A stretch of DNA of 64,000 nt, taken from assembly GCA_001179505.1 (NCBI GenBank), contig CDMY01000698.1:186001-250000 (forward strand), in the 5' to 3' direction. The position numbers were made by a program, and so were the translations under genes. Under the pieces are notes generated by a model. The model saw only the letters and a program-made list of their open reading frames with translations, made no database searches and was not told the DNA's origin. Numbering within the stretch: position 1 is the stretch's first letter; every line of letters begins with the position of its first letter. This stretch comes from Vitrella brassicaformis CCMP3155 (Eukaryota; Protista; Chromerida). Below, one piece after another: positions 25,544 to 38,092 of the stretch.

Positions 25544-28500
25544 CTATCGAGCGTGGATGTGCCTGTTGTTGTGTCCGCATCTTGATGTGAAGAAGTCGAA
25601 GTCGGGGTGGGTGCGGCGCGCGTTGACGCTGCCCAACCACGACTCGACCTCGTCCTGGCACACAATGTCACACACACACACACACGCAGAGAGAGAAAGA
25701 GAGAGAGAGAGAAAGAAGGAGAAGGAATGAACGCAGAGGCAGAAACAGACAGACCGAGAGAGGGATCGAGAGTGGCCCACCTTCATCTTTGAGTACCACA
25801 TGATGCTCGAGTCGACGTCGCCCTGGTAACCTGTCAGCCACCCACCCAGACGACACACAGACAGGGTTTGCCGAACCCTTATCTCTCTCTGGCCTGCAAT
25901 GCACGTACTACCTGGGATCCACAGCTTCGGGTCAGCTCGATAGGCCAGCATGCCCACCCTCCTCAGGCGGTACGGCCCACTGTCCAGGGCACAGTCAGGG
26001 TGGTGGTGGTGGTGGCCCATTGTCGGTGCCCTCTCGAGCTCGAACGAGTAGTAGACCAAGAACGACGCCGCATGGTTGGTGCTCAGACTTACAGTGTCGC
26101 GCAATGACGGCTGCCACAGAATGCACATCCTGCACAGCACGCATTCATGTAATGACATGACAGCACAGCCAAGACAGAAAGAAAGAGTGTGTCCGTGTCG
26201 TGTCATGCGAGTCTCGCTCTCGCTACGCTCGTCGTGTACGTAGCCTACCATGACGTGGGTGCGAGTTCGTTAGAGTTGACTCGTAGCAGGTCGGTGCCCT
26301 TGACCTCCTGCTGCCCCAGGCCGCCGCTCTGCCCCTGCCCGGCCAGCAGATACCGAATCTGGCTGTAGAGCGGCCGACGCAGATGGGGCGGCTTGGCTTC
26401 AAAGTACTCGAGCGAATGCGGGTGGCTCTGGCCGGGGTTCTGCTGCCCGTGGTGGCCCCGCATCCCCATCCCCTCGCTGAACGACGAAGGCGACCCCGGC
26501 GGGACCATCATGTGATGGCGATGGCCATGGGTGTGGGTGTGGGTGCCGTGGCCGTTGAGCTGTCTGGGTGCGGAGATGGGGTCAAGCTGTATTGCCGAGA
26601 GGTAGGGGATGTAGACGGTGGATGTGAGCGACTGCGCCGAGTCGCCGTCGAGGAAGGGCACCACGCAGCCGTAGAATGACGGCTCCTTCAGGGCCTCCCA
26701 CAAGGTGGTCAGGGAGTACAGAGGCGGGTGGTGCACAGAGACCGAGAAAGAATCCTGATCATGCATGCGAAAGGCAAAGGAAGGAACCAGAGTGTGTGTG
26801 TTGTGCTCATGAGGTGCTGTGCTGTGCTGTGCTGTGTGGCCATCCATGCCACCCATCCCACACACACGTACACACACGTAGACGTACCTGCAGTGGACTC
26901 GCATGCGGAGTCGTACAGTCCAGAAACGCCCCCAGATTAAAATCCCCAGGGCCTCCGACACCACCCACCCCACGCCCTAGCCCCACCGCCCCCACACCCA
27001 CGCCCACACCCACGCCCAGCCCCAACCCCCTGCTGCTGGGCATGGGGATGGGCGGCCGCGGCAGGCTCACACTCTGCGTGTGGGGGCTGCTGGGCTGGCT
27101 CGGGTAGCCGTTCTTCAACACACTGGCTATGTTGACATCCATGAAAGACGTCGCCGTCCCGCGCGGCTTCATCCCCCGCGGGTAGAAGGGGGCCGACGCG
27201 CTGCTCAGATTCGACTGCACCACGCCACCCGTTTGCTTGGGCCTGTTGGTGCTGCTAGTGGCATCCTCAGCACGTGGGGCCACTGGCCGACGGTCTAGCG
27301 AAGATGGGACGTTTGCTGCACCTTGGTCGAATTGGGGGAATGGCGGCACCTTGGTCGGCGTGGCGAGGAGGGGCGCGTTCATCTGCCCGTTCATCCAGGT
27401 GTGCCCGCGATGCACGGGAGCGGCGGGGCGAGAGGGTGCGGCCCCCAGAACGCCCGACGTCATGGCCCTGGTGTGTGAATGGGCCGCCTTGGGGCTGGGG
27501 TAGCAGATGATGCCGTTTGTGGTGGTGCTGTTGCCGTTAGTGCTGCTCGTGCTGTTTGCGGGGTCGGTCTCGCTCCTGGCCAGCTCCGACAGACTGTTGC
27601 TCCGCAGCAGCGGCGATGAGTCGTGATGCGGAAAGGGCGGATGGCTTCCTGTGCCCCCTCCCTGGTCCACTGATGAGCGCGCCGACGGCATGGCGTCGCC
27701 AGTGGACGTCTGGCTCGCGGCATCCGACTGGTCGAGTGATGGGTTGCCCAGACGGGGCAGAGGGATGTGGTGCCTCTGTGCGTTGGAGGGCCGCTGGAGC
27801 AGCAGCAGTGGCCTCTGCTGCGTCGACTGGGGGTCCTGGGCCGAGGGGTACGATGGGAAAGGGATGGCCGTCATGGAGAGGGCGGGAGAGGGCTGACAAG
27901 TGTCAGGCCTGGGCAGCAGGCCGCCGCCCGCCGTCTTGTGGCTGTGGCTGTCGATGCTCGAGAGAGAGGACGAATGCGGGATGGGGATGGGGGAAGGAGG
28001 AAGATCATCGGGCAATGGCGATGGCGGCAGCAGCGACACCTCCCGGAACGGGGGATGCCCCTGCCCCCCCTCACTCGCGGCACACTGGTGGCCGTCCTGA
28101 CAGCCCTCAGGCGCCTCAACACCACACGACAGGCCAGCTGCAGCAGCATGAGTAGATGCGTGCGCAGCTGACGGCGGCTCCGGCACTGACTCATGGTCGC
28201 CAAACGACTCCTCCTGCCGTTTGTCGTGGTCGCCCTTCCGATGCCCCTGACGGACGGCCGCAGAGCTCGGCTCACTGCGGCAGCTAAGCTGATCGTTGGA
28301 CGCGGCTGTCTCCTCAGCTTGCTGCGCATGGTTTGTTGCCGGCTTCCCCTCTGAAGCATTTGGCGATGTAGCCGGGGTGGCCGTGCCCGCAGCCACGGGC
28401 TGCTGTTGGAGTGGTGTGGGTCGGCTGGCCGCCGTCTCGGCCTCCCTGTTCCTGCTGCCCTTGCCACGCTTGCCCCCCTCCCTGCCGCCCGGCTGACCCT

Positions 28501-31500
28501 CCATGGCAGAGCCCTGCTTGCCGGCCGGTCCCGCAGCGCCTGTGGTGCCGTTGATGCCGCTGCTGTAGCTGCCCATCATAAGTCGGCTGCCCCCGCTGCC
28601 GGCACTGTCGGTGCTGCATGCGCTCCGTGTGCTGCCCGTGCCTGTGCTGGGCACAGAACCCGAGTAGGTGTATGGGGCACGGTCGCGTGTCGACGATGAC
28701 GACGGGTTAGACGAAGGCTGCCAGTAGAGGGACGGCTGCTGCGGCACGGGGGTCCCTGTGTCACTCGGGGTGGACGGTGGGTCTCGGCGGGTCTTGGGCG
28801 AGGGAGAATTCTCGCCGTCGGCGCGTGAGGGGAGGGTGGTGCACTCGGATGCGTTGTGAGTGGCGGCAGCTGTTGGCGAGGGGAGGTGGTCGCAGCTGCA
28901 GCTGGCCGTGGTGCTGCCGTGAAGCGTGGAGCCAGCCGTGCTCAGGACGCTGTCGCTCCTGCCCACGGCCATCCGCAGAGGCAGGTGAGATGGGTGAGTC
29001 GAAGACGCCTTCTCGTCACCCTTGTCCTCTCTTGCCGGCGGCTCGTCATGCTGTGACACCGACGTGGTGATGTGAGTGGGCGCCTCCTCCACTGGTGCCG
29101 CCTTGGCCACCTCAATCACGCCGTTTGCCTTGACCTCCTCCCCCTCCCCCTCTCCAATCATGGGGACAACGGTCTCCATCTTGCCGACATCCATGTCCTT
29201 CTGCTCCTTGTCCTTCTGGTGGTCCCGGTTCTTCTTCTTGCCGCCCTTGGGGTGGTCCTTGGCTCTCTGCTTGGGGGCGGGGACCTCACGCGGCGGGGTC
29301 GGCTCAGCCTCAGCCTGCACCCCGACAGCCGCCTGTTCAGGGACGTCAGTCACCTGCTCAGCCATGCCGCTCTCCTGCGGCCTCTCGATCTCAGACACCT
29401 CCTCAGCAGCCTTCTCACACTCATCCACTGACGCACCACCCGTCCCCGAGTCGTCTGGGACAGGGGCAGTGGCCTCAGTGCTCGGTGGTGGGACGCTCTC
29501 AGCAGCACGGGCGGTGGCATTGGCGTCGTCAACTCCCGTGTCGGTGTCGGTGGGCGTTGGCCGCTCCTCGGTGGTGGGCTCACTCTGGCCGGCGGCCGGC
29601 TCCGCCCTCTGCCGACCACTTCTCTTCTTCCGTGGCGTCTTGCCCTTGTCATTGGCAGCCTTGTCGTCGCCAACCACTGGCTGTGCGGCCGCCGGGTGGT
29701 CATCCTCATTCCCCTCCCTGCCGTTGCTCGCCGACGAGCTGGCAGGGGCAGCCGCAGATGCAGAGGCAGAGGCAGAGGCAGATCCGGATGCAGTCGACTG
29801 CGCGCGGTTCTTCTTCTGTCTGCGTTCCTTGTCTCGTTTGCTCTTGGCCAGCGATGCGCCGTCGGCAGCCGCGCTGGAGGCAGTGGTGCTGCCCTGTGAG
29901 GTGGAGGAGGGTGCGGATGGTGCGGGTGTGAGTCCCGTCTTGCGTGCGAGGAGCTGGTTTTGACGGCGGATGTGTCGGGGTGGCGGGGGCTGGGAGGGAG
30001 GGGGGTGGTCGCTGGAACGACGGATCAGATCTAGACACGCGTTCACTGTCAATATACACGCACCTGCATAACGACAAGAAAGAAAGAAAGGGACGCATCC
30101 ACCCACCCACCCACCCACAGTCCCGTTGTGTGCTGTGTTGTGTGTGGTTCTCTGACTGACGCACCAGGGATGATCTCCATGGCATCGGTGAGATGTGACG
30201 AGTGTGCGGTGGAGGACGCTCTCGGCGTGTCGCTCCCCGTCAGACTCTCCTCCCCCTCCCCCGTCCCAACAGACGCCCCCTCAACCCTCTCCCTCTCTCC
30301 CGCCCCACTAGCAGCGCTGCTAGACGACCGCTCCTCATGCGGCTCGATAGCGATACCCCTCTTGCGCACAATGGCAAAGAAAAACGAAACCTCATCCGGG
30401 AAGGGCGTGTTGGGGCCGAAGGTGCCGTACGCCCCCGGCTCCTGGCTGATGCGCACAACTACAGCTGACTCAGGCATGGACTGGGCCGAGTTGTCGGCCG
30501 ACGCGGTGCCCACTCCTCCGTTGACTAGCGTGGGAGGGGGGTGGCGACTGACGGTTGCTGTGGTGGGCGACGAAGGGCGAGACGACAGCGATGCTGCTGA
30601 GGGGTCGGGGTCCGACGGCTGAGAGGATGCGGGGAAGGGCATCGACAACGGCAGGTCAGCGTCGTCACTACTCGCATCCTTGTCTCCCTGGCCGCTCCCC
30701 GACGGCTTGTCGTCATGACCGTCGTCCGTGTTGCTGTCGCTCCACCTCCTCGCCAGCCTGGGGTGGTCCTCCCGCCCCTCCCCCTCCCCCTGCTGCTCCT
30801 GATCTTCTCTCCCCACCGAGGGGGGCAGGCGAAACGACAAGGACGGCGAGCTGGTCGACGCATGCTCGTGGTCCTCGCCCTCCTCAGTGGTGGAGGGCGA
30901 TGGGCTGGGTGGCCTGGCCATCATCTGCCGCATATGGCGGGACTTCTTGGCCATATCCCGTCGGTACTCCTCCAGCTGGATGTCCGCCTGGGTCTGCCTG
31001 GCGTCCGACAGGAAGGATGCGACTGGCCTGAAGTCTCTGAAGTCATGCTGGTGGGAGTGAGGCAGCGACGGGGAGGGCGAAGACGACGACGTTGACAGAG
31101 AGGGCGATGTCGGGGTCGTCCGACGAGCCTGCAGAAGCCAAGGACAAAGGCACAGCCCAGCCCGTGCTGTCATCAATCTTTCCACGGTTTGCTGTCTGTG
31201 CTTTTGCTGGGCGCGTAGCGTACCTCGACTGTGACGATGCAGTTTCCTTTGGTGATAAGGTCAGCATCGATTCTGCTCTGCCGTGAGCTGCCGCCCTCGG
31301 ATGCGGCGGCCGATGCTGATGCTGATGCTGAGGCCGATGTGCTGCTGTGAGTGGGTGTGACGCACGCTGCCCCAGACGATGGGCCTGCTGACGCAGACTC
31401 AACGGGCATCATCAAACACTGACACACACAACACGACACAAGACAAACAGACACACGGTTTTGTTGTCGGCTACACCAGTGAGTGATCGTGCTATGCATC

Positions 31501-32155
31501 TGTTGACACACCGACTGACCTTGTTGTCCTCCCGCCCTTGCGTGTTGGCCGACCGTCTGAACTTGAGCACTAGCAGGTCAAACGATGTGGCCGAAACTTG
31601 TTTGACGAAAAGGACTATCTCGCGAAGCTCCTGGAGGGCGTTGCACGAGTAGAACAGACTCTCCAGGTCAGGCGAGTGCACCTGACACACACAACACATA
31701 CACCAACACCCACAACAACACCACACTGAGGCCTGCCCCGACACCGCAGATGCACACACACGAATGCAGCTAGCTGTCTGGCGTGGCCGCGCACGTCTGT
31801 CGAGACACCCGAGCTCAGAAACGGGCTCCATCTCACGCACGACAGCCTCTCTCGCCCCCTCGCCTGTTGCCGAGCCCTCTGGCTGACCCCGTTTCCTGTT
31901 GCTTACGTTCCTGACGATGACTTCTGGTTGCACGAGTAGGGTGTTAGCGGTGTTTGTGGCCCTTGTGGCCATTCGACCAGGTATTGACCGCACGGCAGCT
32001 CTCCACTCGAGTCCCTCCAGTTCCACTGCCTCCCTGTGGGACGAGAGTGGTGGCCCTTGGCGGACCTCACTAGCTGGAAGGGACGCCGACTGCTGGGGCG
32101 AAGGTGCGTCCTCCGATTTGGGCCTTGGGCCAGCCTGACTCACTGATAGGAACAT
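25544..32155 (-). CDS. Large (~1,900 aa) low-complexity protein with C-terminal DUF789-like domain; multi-exon; start uncertain
   Basis: C-terminal exons read LTTLWEALKEPSFYGCVVPF, YIPYLSAIQL, LEYFEAKPPHLRRPLYSQI, NELAPTSWMCILWQP, AASFLVYYS, VGMLAYR and THPDFDFFTSR*, matching the DUF789 motif order as I recall it. They are preceded by a ~3.2 kb Ser/Pro/Ala-rich exon (26890-30075) and several upstream exons. Confidence 0.8.
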
Positions 32156-32356
32156 GCAGAAGCAGGCATCTCCTCAATCTACACGCAGGCTCGCAAAAGT
32201 GGTTTTTTTCTGGTAGAGAGGGTCACGTCGCAAAACTATTTACCTGCCAGCCTCTTTCGGGATCTGATCTGATCTGATCACCACTGATCACTTAGCACCC
32301 AGCACCACTTCGAAGTCGCAGAGCTGCTCGACTCACGGGGCGTCGAGGGTACGTGT

Positions 32357-33878
32357 GTGGAACGGCTGAGAGAAGCTGCCGAAGATCAGCTCCTTGTGTG
32401 CCAGCCAGACCGCCCGCTGGCGGTCCAGTTCACCTTCAACGCGGTCCTGACTCAGGTCCCCATCTCCCGCACGGTTGGTTCCTGCCTTGTTCCTTCGGTG
32501 CCGTCAGCAGCATCTGCCCACGGCACAGACCGACCACACCACCGTCTGTCTGTCTGTCTGTCTGTGTGTGTGTTGCTTCCACTGTTACAATTCGCACTGA
32601 CTGACGAGCATCTCATCTTCGGCATGATCATGGGGCTGCTAGAGTGCCTCTCGCCGTGGCTCGGGTGGGAGCAAGATGCCAGCTGCCGCATCTGCCTGGA
32701 CAGCAAAGAGGACATCGACACAGGGCCGCTCATATCGCCATGCGAGTGCAAAGGAACAGGTGCAAGGGCGGGGAGCGGAGGGGTACTTGACGAGGGGGAC
32801 AAGGAGATCGCACCAATGATTCATTGTTCTTTGATGTGTTCTCTTAGTCAAGTGGGTCCACCTTGCCTGCTGGGAGGAGGGGCTGCAATGGAGACGCAAG
32901 TGCTGCATCTGCAGGGCGCCGTATGTTCTTGGTGTGCGCTTGTCGCACGCAGTTGAGGCTCTACCCTCACTGTGCAGGATGGTTGCCGCTATTGTGGTGG
33001 ACGACCTCTGCAAGGCACGGCCTTTTCTCACTTCAACCGTCAACCAGGTGTTCTCTGCCGTCCGCCACGGGCTCGCAGCTGTTCCACAAAAGGAGAGGGA
33101 GAGCTTCGCCAGCTACCTTGTCTTTCTTGCCGCCGGGATGCTCTGCGTGATGGTGTTGGAGCTTGTCAAGCACTTGCTGCTGGGCCTCCTCCATCGTCTC
33201 TATCATCACCCAGCCCGCCGCTCCCTACACCCCGTCGTCTGCGTGACGGCTTTGTCCACCGTGGTGCCCATAGCGCATCGCCTTTGCGGGATGGCAGCGG
33301 AGGGGGTGTGCGTTCGAGGTCTGAAGTTTCTTCTCTCGAGGTCGTGTGCACAGCATTCGTGCGGGCTGTGCGACGTTCGTGAGCTCATCGTGCTGATCTC
33401 TATACCATGGGTGGTGAGGGGTCTTCCACTGGAAGGTGCCATGTGTTTTCTTCGCCTTATGTGGACCGACTTGCGTCATGCACTAGGTCGTCCGTGCCGG
33501 AGCAACAACACGATCACGTCCCCTTCCACTGCACTGGGACTGTTGCAGATTGTGGGCGGCGGTGGGATGGTCGCGATATCTCTCTCGCTGGCCTTGTTTC
33601 CGCTACGTCGGTGCCTTTGTTGCAGTGCTCGCCCTGTCACTTGCCGTGTGGGACACAGGCTCCTGCTTCGTGTGCTTTGGGCCGGTGCGGGGCTGTGTTA
33701 TGCTGGCGGCGATGCTTTGCCCATCCTGGCTGATCTTGTCTGCAGAGAGGCGAATGCGCGTCTTTCTGCGCACCAGCGGGTGGGGGGCGTGGCTGGATGC
33801 GTTGTGCTGCTAGCGTCTTTGTCCGACGGCCCTTTGACTGCCTCTGGTGTAGAAGAGTGTGTGGCGGTGGATGTTTAA
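32357..33878 (+). CDS. RING-CH (RINGv/MARCH-type) membrane E3 ubiquitin ligase; 5' end uncertain
   Basis: Spliced CRICLDSKEDIDTGPLISPCECKGT|VKWVHLACWEEGLQWRRKCCICRAP gives a C4HC3 RING-CH, followed by a long exon with several hydrophobic stretches (YLVFLAAGMLCVMVLELV; GLLQIVGGGGMVAISLSLALF; VGGVAGCVVLLAS). Confidence 0.85.
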
Positions 33879-34299
33879 TGCATGCTCTGTCTTAGCCTGT
33901 CGTGTCTTAACTACACATAGGATGGGTGGCTCACTAGAAACGCCGAGACACAGGAAGTAGGTGAATGTTTGTCATCTGGGATTAACCAAAGGGTCACGTT
34001 TTACTTGCGTTGACACGGGATCTAGACACGTTCAGTTGTCTTGGTGAAAAACACCACCGTGAAGCTTGGTCAACTGACACGTACACACACCTGTCGTCAC
34101 TACCAATCCCACCACACCTCCCCACTACTTGTGTTCGCCCGACACATCTCTCCCAGTCGCTTCATTTCGCCCGGCCGCGTCACTTCATTTCTTTCACCTC
34201 ACGCAAACAGCGCAACTACCCAGCTACGCAGTCAGGATTCAAAAGGAGAAACTTTAGTGGCTTACACGGAAGCATAAACAGCTGCCCCCACTTGATCTA

Positions 34300-35736
34300 C
34301 TAGGCCATTTCGGGAATGGGTGTGTCTGTGGGTATGTTGGTGGGGAAGGGCGTCTCGGTGGAGACGTCCAGGTGCTGGCGGCTGATGGTGCCGTTCTTGC
34401 ACTCGCATGTGCAGCCGGACTCGCGCTCCATGCCCTGCCCGGCGTGGATCTGCGCCTCCAGCTGGCACTCCGGCTCGCTCTTGTTCAGACGCGCCAACAC
34501 ATTCTCGCGGAAACATCCTGCATCCACACACAAACAGCCAGTCGCTGTGCTGCCGTCGGTGTATGTATTTGTGTGTTGTTCGGGGTGCGGCTCACCCTGG
34601 ACGTTGGGTGTCTCGCAGTTGATCTGGTCTCCACCCTTGAAGTGGCACACCCACAGGGGCATCTCCTTGCTGCTGACCTGCACGTAGCCGCACCCAACTT
34701 TCTGAAAAAGGGGCCGCCGACATGCACACATCCGACAGAGAAGGGGATAACTGTGCCTTTGTGTGTTTGCGTGCCTTTGTGTGTTTGCGTGTGGCTGGGC
34801 TGACCTGCGCGCCCTTCCACAGCAGGACGGTGACCCGTTTGGCCTCGGGAACGTAGCGGTCACGTGTGGTGTTGGCCCAGATGCTCCACTCGGAATACCT
34901 GCACACACACACACACACCCCCCAACACAATAGACGGATGGATGGATGGATGGACAGAATGAAATCTGTGTCTGTGCGCTGCTGTGTTGTCGGCCCCCAC
35001 CACTTGTCGACGATTTGCTTTGGCACGTCCGTGGAGTTGCCGAATTCGAATATCTGTGCCGCTGGGCCCTGGCCGAGGACATGGAGGGACACATCAGGGG
35101 TAGTGGGAAGAACATGAGAAACAATGGCACCCACCTGGCACGGCAGCTCTAGGTACGGCGCAATGGGGTCCAACAGTTCCAGGTTGGCATATCGCTGGGC
35201 AGAATTGGCCACACACCCATCCCACTGCACGAAGGGAGCGCCGTGCCTGCACACACACGCGCACACCCACACACAACACACACACGGCACCGTGAGATGG
35301 AAGAAAAGACGTAGATCTGGTGGATCTGCTGGTAGATCTGCCTTCCCGCTGGCTGCCCACATCCCTCCTTACATGCATCGGTGCTTGTTGATCTGATCAC
35401 CGTGTGAAGAGCAAGAAAACCGTAGATCTGGTGGATATGCTGGTAGATCTGCCTTTCCGCTGGCTGCCCGACATCCCTCCTTACGTGGATCTGCAGCTCA
35501 GTGGCGAGAGTGTCGCTGATCATTTTGGCCGCCCGACGGGCTCTTCGGTGCTCTGAACGCACCATCAGCAGGCCGCGCAAGGGTGAGGGGCGCTTGCCGG
35601 ATGCCGATGAGCGGGGATGGAGGGTGATGACGTCCGAATCGCCGGTGGCGTTGACGTTTTGCTCGAGCTCCATGCCCAGACCCATGTACACACACAGAGG
35701 GAGGAGGAAGGCGGTGAGGACCATTGAGGGGAACAT
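34300..35736 (-). CDS. Secreted CAP/SCP-superfamily protein (divergent)
   Basis: Signal peptide MFPSMVLTAFLLPLCVYMGLG. Spliced RHGAPFVQWDGCVANSAQRYA...IVDKWYSE...VTVLLWKGAQKVGCG...WVCHF...NVQGCFRENV follows the CAP fold motif order, then a Cys-containing and Pro/Thr-rich tail. Confidence 0.8.
35289..35510. repeat. In-frame 111-bp tandem duplication in exon 1 of the CAP gene
   Basis: gtagatctggtggat(c/a)tgctggtagatctgcctt(c/t)ccgctggctgccc occurs at 35311 and 35422 (period 111 bp = 37 codons); protein GQPAERQIYQHIHQIY and GQPAGRQIYQQIHQIY. Confidence 0.9.
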
Positions 35737-35938
35737 TGCTGAAAGCTGGACGGCGGGAGAAAGCGAGTAACACAGAGAGGGGATATTTGGGATATTTCGC
35801 GTCCTGGCCACCAACGGTAAGGGTAAAGGGTACATGGCATTCTCGGCTCGCATTTTCCCGTTCAAAGCAACCATTCTTTTCTCCGGGTGGAAGGGAAGGC
35901 ATTGTTGTGTGGTGTTGTTTTCGGAAAGCCCCATCCGA

Positions 35939-37364
35939 ATGAGCCAGGCCCCTCCGCGTCTGGACGGGCTGTCGTATGCCGGCGAACTTGATGAGCACAG
36001 GGCGGGAGATGAAACGAGAAGGCACGGGGGGAAGGGCCAAGTGACATGGCCGCAAGCTACGGATGCCACACCATTTTTTGGAGTAAGTCAATGGCAGACT
36101 GGGCGAGGTTCTGGCTTCAATGCTCATTTGGGGCTTGCTTTGGGGGTGTTGGGGGATGTATGCCTGTGCCTGCAGGATGGGGCGTCGTCGAAGTTTGAAC
36201 GTGGCTATGCTGAGGAGGTCATGTCGCAGACGACCGATGGCAGCCAAAGAGGTATGAATGCCTCCACGTGATCCCATCCATATGGACCTGCTGATGTGAT
36301 TCTCTTCAGGTTCGTACGTCCTGTCATCGTCCATTGTCTCGTCCGCCCGTCCCTCCCTCTCTGAGAGATACCCGCCAGTGGCTGCCATAGACGCCGGTGA
36401 GAGCCATGCAGCAGAGGAGAGCCCGAAGACAGCGAAATCGCCCAAGTCGTCCCAGCGCCACTCGCTGCCGACATTTCCGACGGACCTTGGTGGCTCGTGC
36501 AGCCCCTCCTCGTCACAGGTTCGTGCGAACATGTGGTTACATATGGCTACAGGGATGAAACCAAGCGTGTGGGCGATGTGTGAGTTACAGGAGGCTTCGG
36601 GGGATTCTGCGAGTGGCGGCGTCGGTCTGGGTCTGGGTCTGATTTTGCCCGGGATCACCAACCGGCGCCATACAGATGGCCCAGTGCCGTCTGTGCCCGC
36701 CTACAAGTGGCCGTACACAGACATGACCGAGGAAGACTTGTGAGCGCAGGCAGCCACACAGCCTCGCCTCCTTTTCTGCAGCCACAGACGTGAGGTGCAA
36801 TCTGTCTGTGTTTGTTGCAGCTCCGGCCCGCCAAAGGAGCCGAAAATCAGATTTCAGGACCCAGTTGTTACTGCGGTGAGCTGACATAAAGCTTGGGTCA
36901 AGACAATCACGCAGCGTGCCTTTTTCGCATTGGTCGCTTGCTTCAGGTTCACGAGTATGATGCCGTGGAGGTGCACATAGAATGGCCTGAGCCTGACGAG
37001 TGCGCCAGCTGGAGCAGCTCGGCATCATCGAGCCCACTGGTGCAGTCGGAGACAGAAGGCGGTGGCGATGATGACGACTTCGCATTGGACGCGGGGTGGG
37101 CCAAGCGATTGGAGAAGAGCAGCGCTTCCCTCGACGGAACACTGAAGCTTGAACCAAAATCGCCAAAGAGGTATGTATGTGGAGGGACGGGGGTGCGCTC
37201 ACTGGCGTGTTTAGTTCTCGCCAATCGACGTTTCTTCCTTCCGTGTGTTATCCATCCATCCATCCATTAGGCGTTCTGTCTCTGCGTCAGCCAAGGGCGA
37301 CAGCAGCGGCTCCTCCACGCCTGTTGCCGTGACGTCGCTCTTCCCAGCATCGTCCAAAGAGTAA
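35939..37364 (+). CDS. Hypothetical Ser/Pro-rich protein, ~7-8 exons
   Basis: Clean GT-AG chain: MSQAPPRLDGLSYAGELDEH | DGASSKFERGYAEEV | ...SPKTAKSPKSSQRHSLP | EASGDS...YKWPYTDMTEED | SGPPKEPKIRFQDPVVTA | VHEYDAVEVHIEW...SPKR | RSVSAS...SSKE*. No family recognised. Confidence 0.6.
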
Positions 37365-38092
37365 CTAACAGGTGGGTGCATCCTGTGTCTGCCTGTCTAG
37401 TGGGTGGCTCTTCGGGAAGAGCTGCTGCTGTTGGGCTCTTGTGGGTGGGCGGCTTGGGTGGGTGGCTGCACGGGTAGGTAGAGTGCTGTGTTTTAGGCTT
37501 CTCCCTGCCTTCCTCCCTCCCTCCCTCCCCACATGCGTGTGTTTTTGAGGTTTTTTGGGTTTCCCGTTCCCCCTCCGTGGTGCAATGTGCGTGGCTGCAT
37601 GGCTCCTCCTGCGTGCCCCAGTCGTCCCTCCCGCCCTCTCTGAAAAGCTTGTGTGTGGATTGAGTGCCCGAATGTGTGTGTGGTGCTGTTTTTGTTGGTG
37701 TTCGGTGGAGAGTCTTTTGCTACAGAAGGACTCGTGCGTCTGTCTCATTTTTCCGCCGCTTGCTTATCGATGGATTGACGTGATTCTGCCAGAGATGAGA
37801 CGATATAAGGTGTCTGTCTGTCTTGAATTGGTTTGCATCCAAGCATCACACCCAAACAGCCAGATAGCCAGGAAGAGGCGGACAGACCCAGTGCACTTGA
37901 CCACAACCACAATCACACACCACCCCCCGCTCAGACATACACCGCTCAGCCATCCATATCCATTCATTCAGTCATCCATCCATCCATGCATGAGAGCTAC
38001 ACATCATCCATGAGATCTTCTATGCGCCAGAGTCAGACGAGGCCTGCCTGCCTGGCTGTCTGTTTGCTTGGCTGGCATGCTGTGTTGTCTAG

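Noticed and set aside
29076-29963. 295-aa plus-strand ORF
   Set aside because: Antisense shadow of the GC-rich 3.2-kb exon of the DUF789-like gene; no splice chain or motif.
33990-34290. Non-repetitive stretch with short ORFs, possible ncRNA
   Set aside because: No tRNA, snoRNA or snRNA motifs recognised; most likely 3' UTRs of the convergent genes.
35289-35510. CRISPR-like array
   Set aside because: Only two units, in frame within an exon, with no spacers or cas genes.
35498-36661. 387-aa minus-strand ORF
   Set aside because: It crosses the CAP start in another frame and is antisense to a well-spliced plus-strand gene; no recognisable domain.
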